Below, piece by piece: positions 45,980 through 56,010 of a stretch of 64,000 nt of DNA. The position numbers and the translations under genes are program-made. Each line of letters begins with the position of its first letter. Position 1 is the first letter of the stretch. The notes beneath the pieces were generated by a model. It had not been told where the DNA came from and did no database searches. It worked only from the letters and a program-made list of their open reading frames with translations. This DNA is from Alphaproteobacteria bacterium (GTDB lineage: Bacteria; Pseudomonadota; Alphaproteobacteria; Rhizobiales; JAKIUO01), in contig JAJRPI010000056.1 of the NCBI GenBank assembly GCA_024280895.1, positions 29,314 through 93,313 on the forward strand, given 5' to 3'.

Positions 45980-46933
45980 GTGGCAGACATCAAGAAAATA
46001 GCGGTACCCAAAAAAATAACCGCAGAAAAAAAAGCGACGCTGATTTCCAGTCTGGTTGCCTTGATGCTCGTGATCACCAAGACGGTTGCTGGCTTGCTAT
46101 CGGGGTCGGTTGCTGTGCTGGCCAGTGCGATTGATAGTGCGCTTGATCTGGCGGTGTCTGCGTTCAACTATTTCGCCATCTCACGTTCGGAAAAACCAGC
46201 CAGCGAGCGGTTTAATTACGGGCTTGGCAAAATCGAAGGACTGGCCGCGACCATTGAGGGCACCGTCATTATCATGTCGGGCCTGTTTATCTTGTACAAG
46301 GCCATATACAAAGCCATGCTTGGCGGCGGCACGACCCATCTGGAAATGTCCATGGGGGTGATGCTGTTTTCGCTGGGCGTCACGGCTTTGCTGGTGATCT
46401 ATCTGACGCGCACTGCCAAGGCCACCAATAATCTGGTGGTGAAGGCCGATGCCATGCACTATAAAACCGACCTCTATGCCAATGTAGGCGTGCTGGTTTC
46501 GCTGGTCTTGGTTAAAATGACTGGCAATCACCTCATCGACGCGTTGGTGGGGGCGATCATTGCCATCTATATCATTTATTCGGCCTATGAAATTTTGCGC
46601 GAAGGGGTGCTTAACCTGCTGGACGTGGCGCTGGCAAAGGAGATGGTTGAGCAGATCAAAGCCATCATCAACACAGAGCCAGATGTTAGCAGCTATCACT
46701 TTTTGCGCACTCGCAAGGCGGGAAGCAATCATTTCGTAGAAGCCCATCTGGTATTTCAGCGAGGTATTTTGCTAGATACCGCCCATGATGCTGCGGATCA
46801 TATCGAGAGTGAGGTTATGGGGCTGGACGACAAGGCCAATTGGGTGTTCAACCTGCATCTGGACCCGGTGGATGACTCAGGAGAGGGCCATCAACACGGT
46901 CATGAACATGGCGATGTTCAAGCGAAGAACTGA
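45980..46933 (+). CDS. Cation diffusion facilitator (CDF) metal efflux transporter with a His-rich C-terminus
   Basis: AGGAGG 5 nt before GTG 45980. TM motifs (SGSVAVLASAIDSALD; HYKTDLYANVG). Tail GEGHQHGHEHGD. Confidence 0.85.
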   Translation: MADIKKIAVPKKITAEKKATLISSLVALMLVITKTVAGLLSGSVAVLASAIDSALDLAVSAFNYFAISRSEKPASERFNYGLGKIEGLAATIEGTVIIMSGLFILYKAIYKAMLGGGTTHLEMSMGVMLFSLGVTALLVIYLTRTAKATNNLVVKADAMHYKTDLYANVGVLVSLVLVKMTGNHLIDALVGAIIAIYIIYSAYEILREGVLNLLDVALAKEMVEQIKAIINTEPDVSSYHFLRTRKAGSNHFVEAHLVFQRGILLDTAHDAADHIESEVMGLDDKANWVFNLHLDPVDDSGEGHQHGHEHGDVQAKN

Positions 46934-47039
46934 TCCCCACGGGATTGAGTTGTGTTCTATCATTGCACTGCCCGCGTGAAAGCACTAAATATGCTATTGA
47001 GCAGTTAACGTCCTAGTTTTTGTTGAAGGAAATTTCCCT

Positions 47040-48056
47040 ATGTTTGATGCCCGTTCCATTTTAGATGCGCTTGTCGCCGGTAGTTCAGAGCAAACGCGCA
47101 ATGCCCGTGAAAGCGGCGGTCTCAATGATATCATGGGCGATATTCTGGGGCAGTTGAAAAAAGCCGGGGGAGCGGAGCAGTCCTCTTCGTTCGAGCGCGA
47201 TGATCCCTATCAGCGATATGATGATGAGCAGCGCTTGGATCAAACACAGACGCGAGCGCGTAATCCGCTTGAAGACCTGTTCGGGCAATTGGGTGGCGGC
47301 GGTTCTTCTCAATATGAAGAGCAGGCTGAGCCACGCTACACCGAACAACGCAAACCGGACAGATCAGAAAATCAATATGAGCAGCGCTCCCCGTCCCAGC
47401 CGGACTATGGCGATCTTCTGGACCGCGTAAAGGATCTGGTTGGCAATAATAAAACGGCTGCCGGGGCGATTGTTGGTGGTCTTGGCGGTTTGCTGCTGGG
47501 CACCAAAACTGGTCGTTCCCTGACGGGTAAAGCGGTGCGCCTTGGGGGGCTCGCTCTGATCGGCTCGCTTGCCTATAAAGCCTATAAAAATTACCAGGAA
47601 GGAGCTGCTTCGCAACCTCAGGGCTCGCAAGATGATGATCGTTTCGGCGTGCCCGAATTGCCGCCACAGGGGTCAGGCTATGAGGCCGACGCCATGACCA
47701 ATGATGATGCGGCGCTTTATATTCGCACTATGGTAGCAGCGGCCGCTTCAGACGGTCAGATAGATCGCGAGGAACAGCGCAATATTCTTGGCAATATGGA
47801 ACAGGCGGGGATGGATGGCGAGGCCATGGAGTTTCTGGCCAATGAATTCAACAATCCCGCTAGCGTCGAGGATATTATAGCCAGTGTGCGGACGCAGGAG
47901 CAGGCTGCCAAAGTCTATACAGCGGCACGTATCGCCATTGAGCCAGACACCAGAGAAGAGCAGCGCTTTTTGTCCTATCTGTCCGAGCAACTCAATCTCG
48001 ATAGCTCACTGGCCGCCCATATCGATGACAGCACTTATGCGATCAAGGTCCGGTAA
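47040..48056 (+). CDS. DUF533 / TerB-like (YebE family) protein
   Basis: Disordered acidic middle, one TM helix (AAGAIVGGLGGLLLG), and a C-terminal TerB-like domain (MVAAAASDGQIDREEQ...AARIAIEPDTREEQRFL). Confidence 0.7.
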   Translation: MFDARSILDALVAGSSEQTRNARESGGLNDIMGDILGQLKKAGGAEQSSSFERDDPYQRYDDEQRLDQTQTRARNPLEDLFGQLGGGGSSQYEEQAEPRYTEQRKPDRSENQYEQRSPSQPDYGDLLDRVKDLVGNNKTAAGAIVGGLGGLLLGTKTGRSLTGKAVRLGGLALIGSLAYKAYKNYQEGAASQPQGSQDDDRFGVPELPPQGSGYEADAMTNDDAALYIRTMVAAAASDGQIDREEQRNILGNMEQAGMDGEAMEFLANEFNNPASVEDIIASVRTQEQAAKVYTAARIAIEPDTREEQRFLSYLSEQLNLDSSLAAHIDDSTYAIKVR

Positions 48057-48059
48057 ATA

Positions 48060-48665
48060 GTGCAGATGAGCGACCTTCCTTATTCGCAAGCCAGTGAAAA
48101 TAACAAGCGGCCGATCCTCGCAATATTGCGCGAGACGCTGGCTAGTACCAAAACCGTGCTCGAAATTGGCAGCGGTACGGGACAGCACGCAGTTTTCTTT
48201 GCCGAGCAATTACCCCATCTTGCATGGCAGCCTAGCGAACAGGCAAAAAATATCGATACTTTGTCTCTTCGCCTTGACGCGCAGGCTCCTGCAAATGTCA
48301 GCAAGCCAGTGGTTGTTGATGTGGCTGACGATCCTTGGCGCGTCGAGCCGGTTGAGGCTGTTTTTGCGGCCAACTGCGTGCATATCATGTCTTGGAGGCA
48401 TGTCGAAAAAATGTTTCGCGGACTGAATGGAGTGCTGAAACCGGGGGGACATCTTATCCTCTATGGTCCCTATAAATATGGTGGTGCCTTCACGTCCAGC
48501 AGTAACGCCCAATTCGAACAATGGCTGCAGGGTAATGATCCCCTCAGCGGTATTCGCGACTTTGAAAAAGTCGACGAGTTGGCGAACGGCATCGGACTGA
48601 CATTGCTTGATGATCATCAAATGCCGGCCAATAATCAATGTCTGGTCTGGCAGCGACAAGCCTGA
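48060..48665 (+). CDS. DUF938 SAM-dependent methyltransferase-like protein
   Basis: NKRPILAILRETL...VLEIGSGTGQHAVFFAEQLPHLAWQPSE...LILYGPYKYGGAFTSSSNAQF. Confidence 0.7.
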   Translation: MQMSDLPYSQASENNKRPILAILRETLASTKTVLEIGSGTGQHAVFFAEQLPHLAWQPSEQAKNIDTLSLRLDAQAPANVSKPVVVDVADDPWRVEPVEAVFAANCVHIMSWRHVEKMFRGLNGVLKPGGHLILYGPYKYGGAFTSSSNAQFEQWLQGNDPLSGIRDFEKVDELANGIGLTLLDDHQMPANNQCLVWQRQA

Positions 48666-48798
48666 AACCTTCTAGTGAAGTAAGGTTTGCGCCCGCAATT
48701 ATGATATGTTCTACGCGAATGGTCTGTTTACCACTCATTCACAATCGCTTGATAAGCTCCCGCTACTTATTTTTTTATTTATTTCATTGCGAGGCTAT

Positions 48799-49494
48799 AT
48801 GTTAAATTTGGCAACGGCTGATATCGGCGATTTGTATAATCATATTTTGAAGACTGCCCAGATTGATGAATATGTTGTGGCACGGGATTCAGCGACACTT
48901 GGTGCCGTCTCTTTCGTTAGTATTGATGGGCCAACACAAACTCTTGTCATGCCCGTTATTGATAATATGAGTGATGTCAATCGCGACAAAGCCGGTTTTA
49001 TGCTGGACGCCAGCCTGCTTAATCTGTTGCGCAAACGAGACCTTGTCGATAGCCGACAAACGGTTTGTATAGATGTGCATTTTCGCACTTTGATGAAAAC
49101 CTCTTTTCGCACGCGCTATCTGGTCGTGCTGGCCGATTTTGTCAAAGCCTATGGGCAAAAGGTGTTGCTGAATATCACAAATGTACCCGCTAATCTCAAT
49201 ACAACGCGGTTTAGTGACCTGCTGCGCTATCTCATTCCCATACTTGACAATGTTTCCATGCAACTCACTGCCGAAAATATTCTGGCTCAGGATCTGCCCA
49301 AAATTTCTGCCAGATATTTCGTGCTAACGGTTGCAGAACTCTCAGCGATCAACGCATCGGAACGCCGCGATCTGGTGCTTGGACGCCTGTCCAAACTACC
49401 TGATTACAAGAAGGAAATCATTGTTCGTGATCAGCCACAACCCGCGCTAAAGCCAGAGCCAGCGAGTTCGCATGACGACGCATTCTATCTTTAG
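48799..49494 (+). CDS. Hypothetical protein
   Basis: Start at MLNLATADIG, downstream of an AT-rich stretch. No motif recognised, so the coding call rests on ORF length and position alone. Confidence 0.45.
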   Translation: MLNLATADIGDLYNHILKTAQIDEYVVARDSATLGAVSFVSIDGPTQTLVMPVIDNMSDVNRDKAGFMLDASLLNLLRKRDLVDSRQTVCIDVHFRTLMKTSFRTRYLVVLADFVKAYGQKVLLNITNVPANLNTTRFSDLLRYLIPILDNVSMQLTAENILAQDLPKISARYFVLTVAELSAINASERRDLVLGRLSKLPDYKKEIIVRDQPQPALKPEPASSHDDAFYL

Positions 49495-49563
49495 CAGCCT
49501 TTGTTCCTTCAATGATGGCTGAGGGTCTGGAAATTTGCGTGCAGATGGCGCATATTCTCCTTT

Positions 49564-51882
49564 ATGGCAAAAATTGAACCCATTCCTTTATCCGGTTTTA
49601 CCGATGTGGCGCAGCCGCTTATTTCCGGCCATCCGCTGGTCATTGGCGAGCGCGGGCGCGAGCGCACGGGCCGCAATGAAAGCGAGGTGGTAACTTACCG
49701 CCCTCAGCATCTGGAAAAATTTGAAGGCGGTGTGCGCTTTGATCTGACCTCCGAATTTGAGCCAAAAGGGGATCAACCGACCGCCATTGAGGAATTGGTG
49801 GAGGGGCTTGCCACCAAGGAGAAGACGCAGGTTTTGCTGGGGGTGACGGGATCTGGCAAAACCTACACCATGGCGCAGGTGATCGCCCGTACCCAGCGCC
49901 CGGCGCTTATTCTGGCTCCCAATAAGACCCTGGCGGCGCAGCTCTATGGGGAGTTCAAAAATTTCTTTCCCAATAATGCCGTGGAATATTTCGTCTCCTA
50001 TTATGACTATTATCAGCCCGAGGCCTATGTGGCGCGCACCGATACCTTCATCGAGAAGGAAAGCTCCGTCAATGAGCAGATCGACCGCATGCGCCACGCT
50101 GCGACGCGCTCGGTGCTGGAGCGCGATGATGTGATCATTGTCAGCTCGGTGTCCTGCATCTATGGCATCGGCTCGGTGGAGACCTATACGGAAATGACCC
50201 TGACCATCGAGGTCGGGGAGGAAATCAAGCATGAGGATGTGACGACACAAATTACATCCGTTGGCCAGCGCGCCCTAATTGGTGAACTGGTGGCGCTGCA
50301 TTACCGGCGCAATGATATGTCGTTCGAGCGTGGCAATTTTCGCGTGCGCGGTGATGTCATCGAGCTTTGGCCGCCGCATTTGGAGGACCGCGCCTGGCGT
50401 TTTTCCCTGTTTGGCGACGAGATCGACGAGATTGTCGAATTTGATCCACTGACCGGCGAAAAGATCCGCGATCTGGAACGCTTGAAAATCTACGCCAACT
50501 CTCATTATGTGACACCGCGCCCGACCCTGCATCAAGCGATGGAGGGCATCAAGGTTGAGCTTAAGCAGCGCCTTACCGAACTGGAAAATGCCGGTCGTTT
50601 GCTGGAATATCAACGCCTCGAACAGCGCGTCACTTTTGATCTGGAAATGATGGCGGCCTCTGGCGCTTGTGCTGGTATCGAAAACTATTCACGCTATTTG
50701 ACCGGCCGCAATCCCGGCGATCCGCCGCCAACCCTGTTTGAATATCTGCCAGAAAACGCGCTGGTATTTATCGATGAAAGCCATGTCACCATTGGTCAGC
50801 TCGGTGCCATGTTCCGAGGTGACTTCAAACGCAAATCAACCCTCGCTGATTTTGGTTTTCGCCTGCCCAGCTGCATGGATAACCGGCCCCTGCGCTTTGA
50901 GGAATGGGATGTCATGCGCCCGCAGACCGTTTGCGTGTCAGCAACGCCGGGACCGTGGGAGATGAACGAGACGCAAGGCGTGTTTGCCGAGCAGGTCATT
51001 CGGCCAACCGGGCTGACGGACCCCGATATCGACATCAGACCGGCCGGGACGCAGGTCGATGATCTGCTGGATGAGGTTAAACAGGTAGCGGCCAAGGGCC
51101 TGCGCACGCTGGTCACCACGCTGACCAAACGCATGTCTGAAGATCTCACCGAATATTTTCATGAGCAGGGGGTGCGGGTACGCTATATGCACAGCGATAT
51201 CGATACGCTGGAACGCATCGAAATCCTGCGTGATCTGCGCCTTGGCGCGTTTGATGTGCTCATTGGTATCAATCTTTTGCGTGAGGGTCTGGATATTCCC
51301 GAATGTGCGCTGGTGGCCATTCTGGATGCGGACAAGGAAGGATTTTTGCGCTCTGAAACCAGCCTCGTGCAAACCATTGGCCGCGCGGCGCGTAATGTCG
51401 AGGGGCGGGTCATTCTTTACGCCGACAAGATCACCGGTTCCATGCAGCGCGCCATCGACGAGACTGACCGTCGCCGCACCAAGCAAGAAGCCTATAATAA
51501 AGAGCACGGCATTACCCCCGAAAGTGTCAAAAAGAATATTGGCGATATCTTGGGTGGCGTTTATGAGCAGGATCACGTCACGGCAGGTCTTGGCGCGGGC
51601 TTTTCGGATGGCGGGCAGGCCCCGCTGGTGGGCCATAATCTGGAAACCGTACTCGGCGATATGGATAAGCGCATGAAAGAGCTGGCCTCCGATCTGGAGT
51701 TCGAAGAAGCGGCCCGCCTGCGCGACGAAATCAAACGTCTGCGCGATGTCGAAATGCTGGTCGCCGACGACCCGCTGGCCCGCCAATCCGCCATTGAAGA
51801 TAAAAGCACCAAGCCACGATCCGAAGGCGGCAGGGCAGGGACGCAGACCTATAAAAGCAAGAGTAAAAAACGAAGGCGTTGA
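49564..51882 (+). CDS. uvrB: Excinuclease ABC subunit B
   Basis: [12 protein letters not shown] Walker [18 protein letters not shown] domain [17 protein letters not shown]. Basic tail. Confidence 0.98.
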   Translation: MAKIEPIPLSGFTDVAQPLISGHPLVIGERGRERTGRNESEVVTYRPQHLEKFEGGVRFDLTSEFEPKGDQPTAIEELVEGLATKEKTQVLLGVTGSGKTYTMAQVIARTQRPALILAPNKTLAAQLYGEFKNFFPNNAVEYFVSYYDYYQPEAYVARTDTFIEKESSVNEQIDRMRHAATRSVLERDDVIIVSSVSCIYGIGSVETYTEMTLTIEVGEEIKHEDVTTQITSVGQRALIGELVALHYRRNDMSFERGNFRVRGDVIELWPPHLEDRAWRFSLFGDEIDEIVEFDPLTGEKIRDLERLKIYANSHYVTPRPTLHQAMEGIKVELKQRLTELENAGRLLEYQRLEQRVTFDLEMMAASGACAGIENYSRYLTGRNPGDPPPTLFEYLPENALVFIDESHVTIGQLGAMFRGDFKRKSTLADFGFRLPSCMDNRPLRFEEWDVMRPQTVCVSATPGPWEMNETQGVFAEQVIRPTGLTDPDIDIRPAGTQVDDLLDEVKQVAAKGLRTLVTTLTKRMSEDLTEYFHEQGVRVRYMHSDIDTLERIEILRDLRLGAFDVLIGINLLREGLDIPECALVAILDADKEGFLRSETSLVQTIGRAARNVEGRVILYADKITGSMQRAIDETDRRRTKQEAYNKEHGITPESVKKNIGDILGGVYEQDHVTAGLGAGFSDGGQAPLVGHNLETVLGDMDKRMKELASDLEFEEAARLRDEIKRLRDVEMLVADDPLARQSAIEDKSTKPRSEGGRAGTQTYKSKSKKRRR

Positions 51883-51943
51883 TGGCGAATGACCTCGCCG
51901 GCCTCTTATGTCTCTGCAAGGCTTGGCAGCTTTTCAGCTGGAA

Positions 51944-51962
51944 CCAAGGGATGATCCCTTGG
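51944..51962. terminator. Palindrome between convergent uvrB and higA (possible bidirectional terminator)
   Basis: CCAAGGGAT-g-ATCCCTTGG read directly. No strong T-run. Confidence 0.25.
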
Positions 51963-51980
51963 AACTCATTTGGGTAGTGT

Positions 51981-52289
51981 TTAATGAGCTGCTTCCAGCG
52001 TCGGGATGTTTGTGACATCCGTTTCTCGCTTGGCATGCCAGAGATCATAAGCTGCTTGCATGTTTAGCCATACTTCCGGGCTATTGCCGAGCAATTTGCC
52101 GATACGTACGGCCATCTGTGAAGTGACCGGCTGCTTTTCAGATATAATATCATAAAGCGTTTGCCGCGAAATACCCAGATCACGCGCCAGTTGGGCCTTG
52201 GGAGTATCCAGAGCCGGAAAGACAATATCACGCAATAGTGCACCGGGATGCGTCGGACACCGCTGCGGATTTCTTGTTATTTTTGTCAT
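51981..52289 (-). CDS. higA: HigA-family antitoxin (XRE HTH)
   Basis: HPGALLRDIVFPALDTPKAQLARDLGISRQTLYDIISEKQPVTSQMAVRIGKLLGNSPEVWLNMQAAYDL. Confidence 0.8.
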   Translation of the reverse strand: MTKITRNPQRCPTHPGALLRDIVFPALDTPKAQLARDLGISRQTLYDIISEKQPVTSQMAVRIGKLLGNSPEVWLNMQAAYDLWHAKRETDVTNIPTLEAAH

Positions 52290-52322
52290 GTTACTTCTCC
52301 AACTCCCCGCTGAAAGTGAACA

Positions 52323-52610
52323 TTAAATAACTAGTTCAATGTCGACATCAATAGCGCTGTCATCCTCCCAGTCATATGAAAGGCGCCAGCCAATCGCGAC
52401 AATGACGTCATAACGTTCGCGCTCAACTTCTTTGAACTGATAGCGTCTTAGCCCTGGAACAAACATGTCTTCGGGTTTCACTGCAGCATCCAGAAGGTCG
52501 AGGACCTGTGCAACCGTTTGTGTTAGTTCTGTCGGGACTGATTTTATGTCATCTCCTCTTGTCCAGAATTTTTCTAGTTCGTCGTTTCGAAAAGACTTGA
52601 TCATCTTCAT
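52323..52610 (-). CDS. higB: HigB-type (RelE/ParE superfamily) toxin
   Basis: Start at the internal MKMIKSFRNDELEKFWTRG (classic HigB N-terminus). The 78 aa upstream in the long ORF look non-coding and AT-rich. Confidence 0.7.
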   Translation of the reverse strand: MKMIKSFRNDELEKFWTRGDDIKSVPTELTQTVAQVLDLLDAAVKPEDMFVPGLRRYQFKEVERERYDVIVAIGWRLSYDWEDDSAIDVDIELVI

Positions 52611-52934
52611 AGCTCCGCTGCTATCGCTTTCGCGATTGTTTAAGCACCGGAGAGATGCCCAAGAGTCAAACTCCATCCCTCCAAATTCAAATGTTATAGG
52701 CTCCATACTTTCTTTACAATGTAAGGTATTAGAAGTCATGTGTCTACTAAGACCATACGTTTTGTCTAACATCATCTCTCGACCTTCGTCGGGATGACGT
52801 TTTTTGTTGTGTTGGGGGACGTTGCTATAATCTTTTTCATTCACACATAAGTATTTGCTTTGGGCTGGTAAATTTGCCCCGTTTGACTTATACGGTCCGT
52901 AAAGATTATTTCCTCGCTAACAAAGGACCTCCCC

Positions 52935-53885
52935 ATGCCCACAAACCTCAAGAAACTGTTTGATGCCGAGCCTAAATCGCCGCTTTATGTGGCGGTCAAT
53001 CGGGTGCTGGTTAAAAACGATCCCAACTTGATGAAAATGATGAAGCAGGCCAGCGCTAAAATGTGTTTGGCGACGGCGCTTTCTCCCGGCTTCAAGGGCT
53101 TTGATCTGATGGGGCAGATCGGCTCTTGCCCTATGGGCATGCGCTGGGCGGCCAGTTCTGACATGCGCGAGGAGCTGTCGCATATCTGGATCGACCAGAT
53201 CACCTATTGGGACAGCTGGGAAGAACATGAAAAATTTCATGAGACCTTTGAGGATGTGGTGGTGGAAGCCTGTGCGCGCTGCGGTGACGTGCTGCTCGAT
53301 GGCCCTGAAGAACCGGTTTACCGCATTGTTGCGAGCAAATTGCCCAAGCTGATCTCCAAGAACCAGATGCTTAAAATGGGTTTTGACAATAAAGGCGACA
53401 CATCGGGCTATGCCATGGATAGCGGTGAAACCGTCACCGTCATGGCCCAGCATTTGCTGCGCCCCGGCAAGGAGGATATTTTCGAAAAAGCCGAAGTGCA
53501 GGTGATGGACAAGCTGATGAACACCAGCGGCGTGCTGGGCTATCAGATCTTGAAGCGCATTGGTTTTTCGACGCTTGGCAGTGGACATGCGACGACGCAA
53601 AGCATGATGGCCGATATGATCTCACCGTCTGGGCAAAACCTCAAACGCACAGCCGAAGTCTGGGAGGGCTATACGGTACCGGCGCAATATCTGGTGATGG
53701 TGGAATTTGACAGCCTGCAAGCGGCGCAGCGCGGCATGCCGCACGTTAATGTCAATCCAGAAATGCTGTTCATCCATGGGCCAAAGGTGTTTGATAACCT
53801 GCTCAGAATGCCCAGCGTTTATATTTCAGGTTCCATGTTCGCTGAACATACTTATCGCGAAGTTTTGCAGGGCAACAAGAAATAA
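52935..53885 (+). CDS. sor: Sulfur oxygenase reductase (SOR) homolog
   Basis: 316 aa. Collinear with archaeal SOR landmarks: Cys44 (KMCLATA), His98-x3-His102 (HEKFHE), Cys113-x2-Cys116 (CARCG), Glu126 (EEPVY). Also ITYWDSWEEH and QYLVMVEF. Confidence 0.8.
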   Translation: MPTNLKKLFDAEPKSPLYVAVNRVLVKNDPNLMKMMKQASAKMCLATALSPGFKGFDLMGQIGSCPMGMRWAASSDMREELSHIWIDQITYWDSWEEHEKFHETFEDVVVEACARCGDVLLDGPEEPVYRIVASKLPKLISKNQMLKMGFDNKGDTSGYAMDSGETVTVMAQHLLRPGKEDIFEKAEVQVMDKLMNTSGVLGYQILKRIGFSTLGSGHATTQSMMADMISPSGQNLKRTAEVWEGYTVPAQYLVMVEFDSLQAAQRGMPHVNVNPEMLFIHGPKVFDNLLRMPSVYISGSMFAEHTYREVLQGNKK

Positions 53886-53952
53886 GCGGCGTTCCATTTG
53901 CTTTGTCTTCGTGATTGGGTAAGACTACCGGACTTAAAGCGGGGAGAGTGCC

Positions 53953-54543
53953 ATGAAAAAATTGAGAATTGCGATTATATGGCTGTTCGCGCTGCTGATG
54001 CTCGGCGGTATGACCAGCCCTGGTCAGGTCGACAATGCTCAATTGGCCGATCTGCAAAGCAGTTTGGACATGTATAAGAAAGTCTCGATGGCACGTGATG
54101 TGGACGGATTATTGTCCTTTTTGCATCCCGGTGTGTTTACGCGTGAGCCAAAAGAGCAGATGCGAAAAATGATGACGGAGGCTCTCGCCAATGGCAAAGC
54201 CCCCGCAATGCACAAGATTGAGTTCCAGATCATCAGCCCTGTGCAGCCCTTTAGTCAGGGTGTTTTTGTTCGTGTGGGAGCATTGAGCGAGTTGACCATG
54301 ACACGCCCGGGGGATGTGACACCGCAAATAGATGCCTTGATGGTTGATCTCATTAAAGAGCGTATGGGCGAGGTTGAAACCTCAATTGACGAGCAGAAAA
54401 ATGTCATTGTGATCAAGAAAAATTCCTGGATGCTTGGCGTCAAGCAAGAGGGGGCGGGCTGGAAATTTATTGATCAGCACCGGATCGGATTTTTCTTTGA
54501 TAATAAATTACTGCCCGCTGATCTTATGAGCATGGTGCAATAG
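53953..54543 (+). CDS. Hypothetical secreted protein
   Basis: Signal peptide MKKLRIAIIWLFALLMLGG. 196 aa. No recognised domain. Confidence 0.5.
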   Translation: MKKLRIAIIWLFALLMLGGMTSPGQVDNAQLADLQSSLDMYKKVSMARDVDGLLSFLHPGVFTREPKEQMRKMMTEALANGKAPAMHKIEFQIISPVQPFSQGVFVRVGALSELTMTRPGDVTPQIDALMVDLIKERMGEVETSIDEQKNVIVIKKNSWMLGVKQEGAGWKFIDQHRIGFFFDNKLLPADLMSMVQ

Positions 54544-54546
54544 GCA

Positions 54547-55731
54547 TTAGATCCTTTGCAGCACGAAAAATATTGCAAAGGCCAGAGTGGCGGCGACCGG
54601 CAGGGTAATCAGCCATGCAAGCACGATCTGGCGGATCATCTGCCAATGGGCGGAGCGGTTGGCAATGCCGATGCCAAACAGGCCACCGACCGAGCAATGG
54701 GTGGTTGAGACGCCCCAGCCAAAAACAGCCGAACCGGTAACGAGAATGGAGGTCACCAGATTGGCGGTGAAACCTTGACCTGCATTCATGTCGGCGATCT
54801 TGTGGGCCAGCGTATCGGCGATGCGGCCAGCGGCCAGATAACCGCCCAGCGCCATTGACACGCCAACCAGCGCAACCCCCCAGACAAGGCTTGAAGGGTT
54901 CGACAGCGCCACGACGCCAGATCCCACCAGCAGACCTGTGATCTTTGCGGTGTCTTGTAGGCCCCGCGCAAAGCCAACGGTGCCAGCGGTTAGAAAATGC
55001 AGAGCGTTGATCAGTTTCTCGGCGCTAAGGCCGATCATCTGGCCTTGGTAGCGCTGGCGGCAATGAGGCTCATCCCCCACCACGACGCGCAGTCCCGTGG
55101 GGATCATGTGCTCACCGCACGACGAGTGCATGGACAAGGTGCCGTCTTTATTCACAACGGGATGTAGTGGCGGCATATTGATCGCCACGACATGTTCGCT
55201 TTGGGCAATGCAGACACAGGTTTCACGATGAATACCAAGCTTCTTGCGGGTGGTGGTAAAGATGTAATAGAGGCCAAGCGTCAACACGAGGGCCAGCAGC
55301 GGGGCGACCAGCAAAGGCAGCGCGAAACGCGAGCCGAGCAAGAGCAGCTCGACACCGCCAGGCGCAATCAGACCAGCACCCACCAGCCCGCCAACAATCG
55401 CATGGGTGGTGGAAATGGGAAAGCCAAGCCTGGTGGCCAGAAACACGGTGCTCGCAGAGGCCAATGTCACAGACAGTAAAAAATCAGGGTCAGCCAGCAC
55501 TTGGGCCTCCACAAGCCCCTTGCCGCTAAACGCCTTGATCAGCGCCGTGCCCAGTAACAAAGCGGCGAGCGATCCAGCCAGTGTCGTCACCATGGCCCAG
55601 GTAATGGCGGTTTTGTAATTGGTGGTGCGGCTGGCAAACAGTGTCGCAACGCCCTTGAAATTATCATTTGCCCCATTGGAAAAAGCCAGCCAGGCAACGG
55701 CGAGCAGCATAAGGACGAGCGAAATTGTCAA
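54547..55731 (-). CDS. PiT-family (PHO4) inorganic anion permease
   Basis: GANDNFKGVATL near the N-terminus and STTHCSVGGLFG in the C-terminal half match the duplicated PiT signature. Confidence 0.8.
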   Translation of the reverse strand: MTISLVLMLLAVAWLAFSNGANDNFKGVATLFASRTTNYKTAITWAMVTTLAGSLAALLLGTALIKAFSGKGLVEAQVLADPDFLLSVTLASASTVFLATRLGFPISTTHAIVGGLVGAGLIAPGGVELLLLGSRFALPLLVAPLLALVLTLGLYYIFTTTRKKLGIHRETCVCIAQSEHVVAINMPPLHPVVNKDGTLSMHSSCGEHMIPTGLRVVVGDEPHCRQRYQGQMIGLSAEKLINALHFLTAGTVGFARGLQDTAKITGLLVGSGVVALSNPSSLVWGVALVGVSMALGGYLAAGRIADTLAHKIADMNAGQGFTANLVTSILVTGSAVFGWGVSTTHCSVGGLFGIGIANRSAHWQMIRQIVLAWLITLPVAATLAFAIFFVLQRI

Positions 55732-56010
55732 GGCGGAGCTCCCTTTGGGGGGGTTGTGTCTTGTGATAAGTTTTCATGACCAGCGTCAGTTCCCTGCAAA
55801 AGGTAGCATAAATCTGACGATTAGGCGTCTGACATTGCAATCACATTTTCGAGAGCCAATTTTGATCGACTTGAAAAACCCATATTCCCATGTCTTCAAT
55901 CAGGTCTTCAATTATGCACATTGTTGTGAGTGGTAATATGTAAATAATTGCGCTAAGAGTGGCGCGAAAGTTTAAATTTCCCAGATATCGGGTTTATAGC
56001 GAGGACTATT

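Noticed and set aside
49503-49517. Possible SOS box upstream of uvrB (GTTCcttcaatGATG)
   Set aside because: Only the first half-site matches GTTC-N7-GTTC, and the second is GATG. It is too degenerate to call.
50938-51786. 282-aa minus-strand ORF (and 49588..50250, 220 aa)
   Set aside because: Antisense to uvrB. No motifs.
52611-52844. Upstream 78 codons of the 173-aa higB ORF
   Set aside because: HigB-family proteins are about 90-100 aa and begin M(K)MIKSF. The upstream part is AT-rich and has no homology-like features, so it is probably the promoter/operator region.
52917-53600. 227-aa minus-strand ORF
   Set aside because: Antisense to the SOR homolog, whose catalytic motif pattern supports the plus-strand frame.
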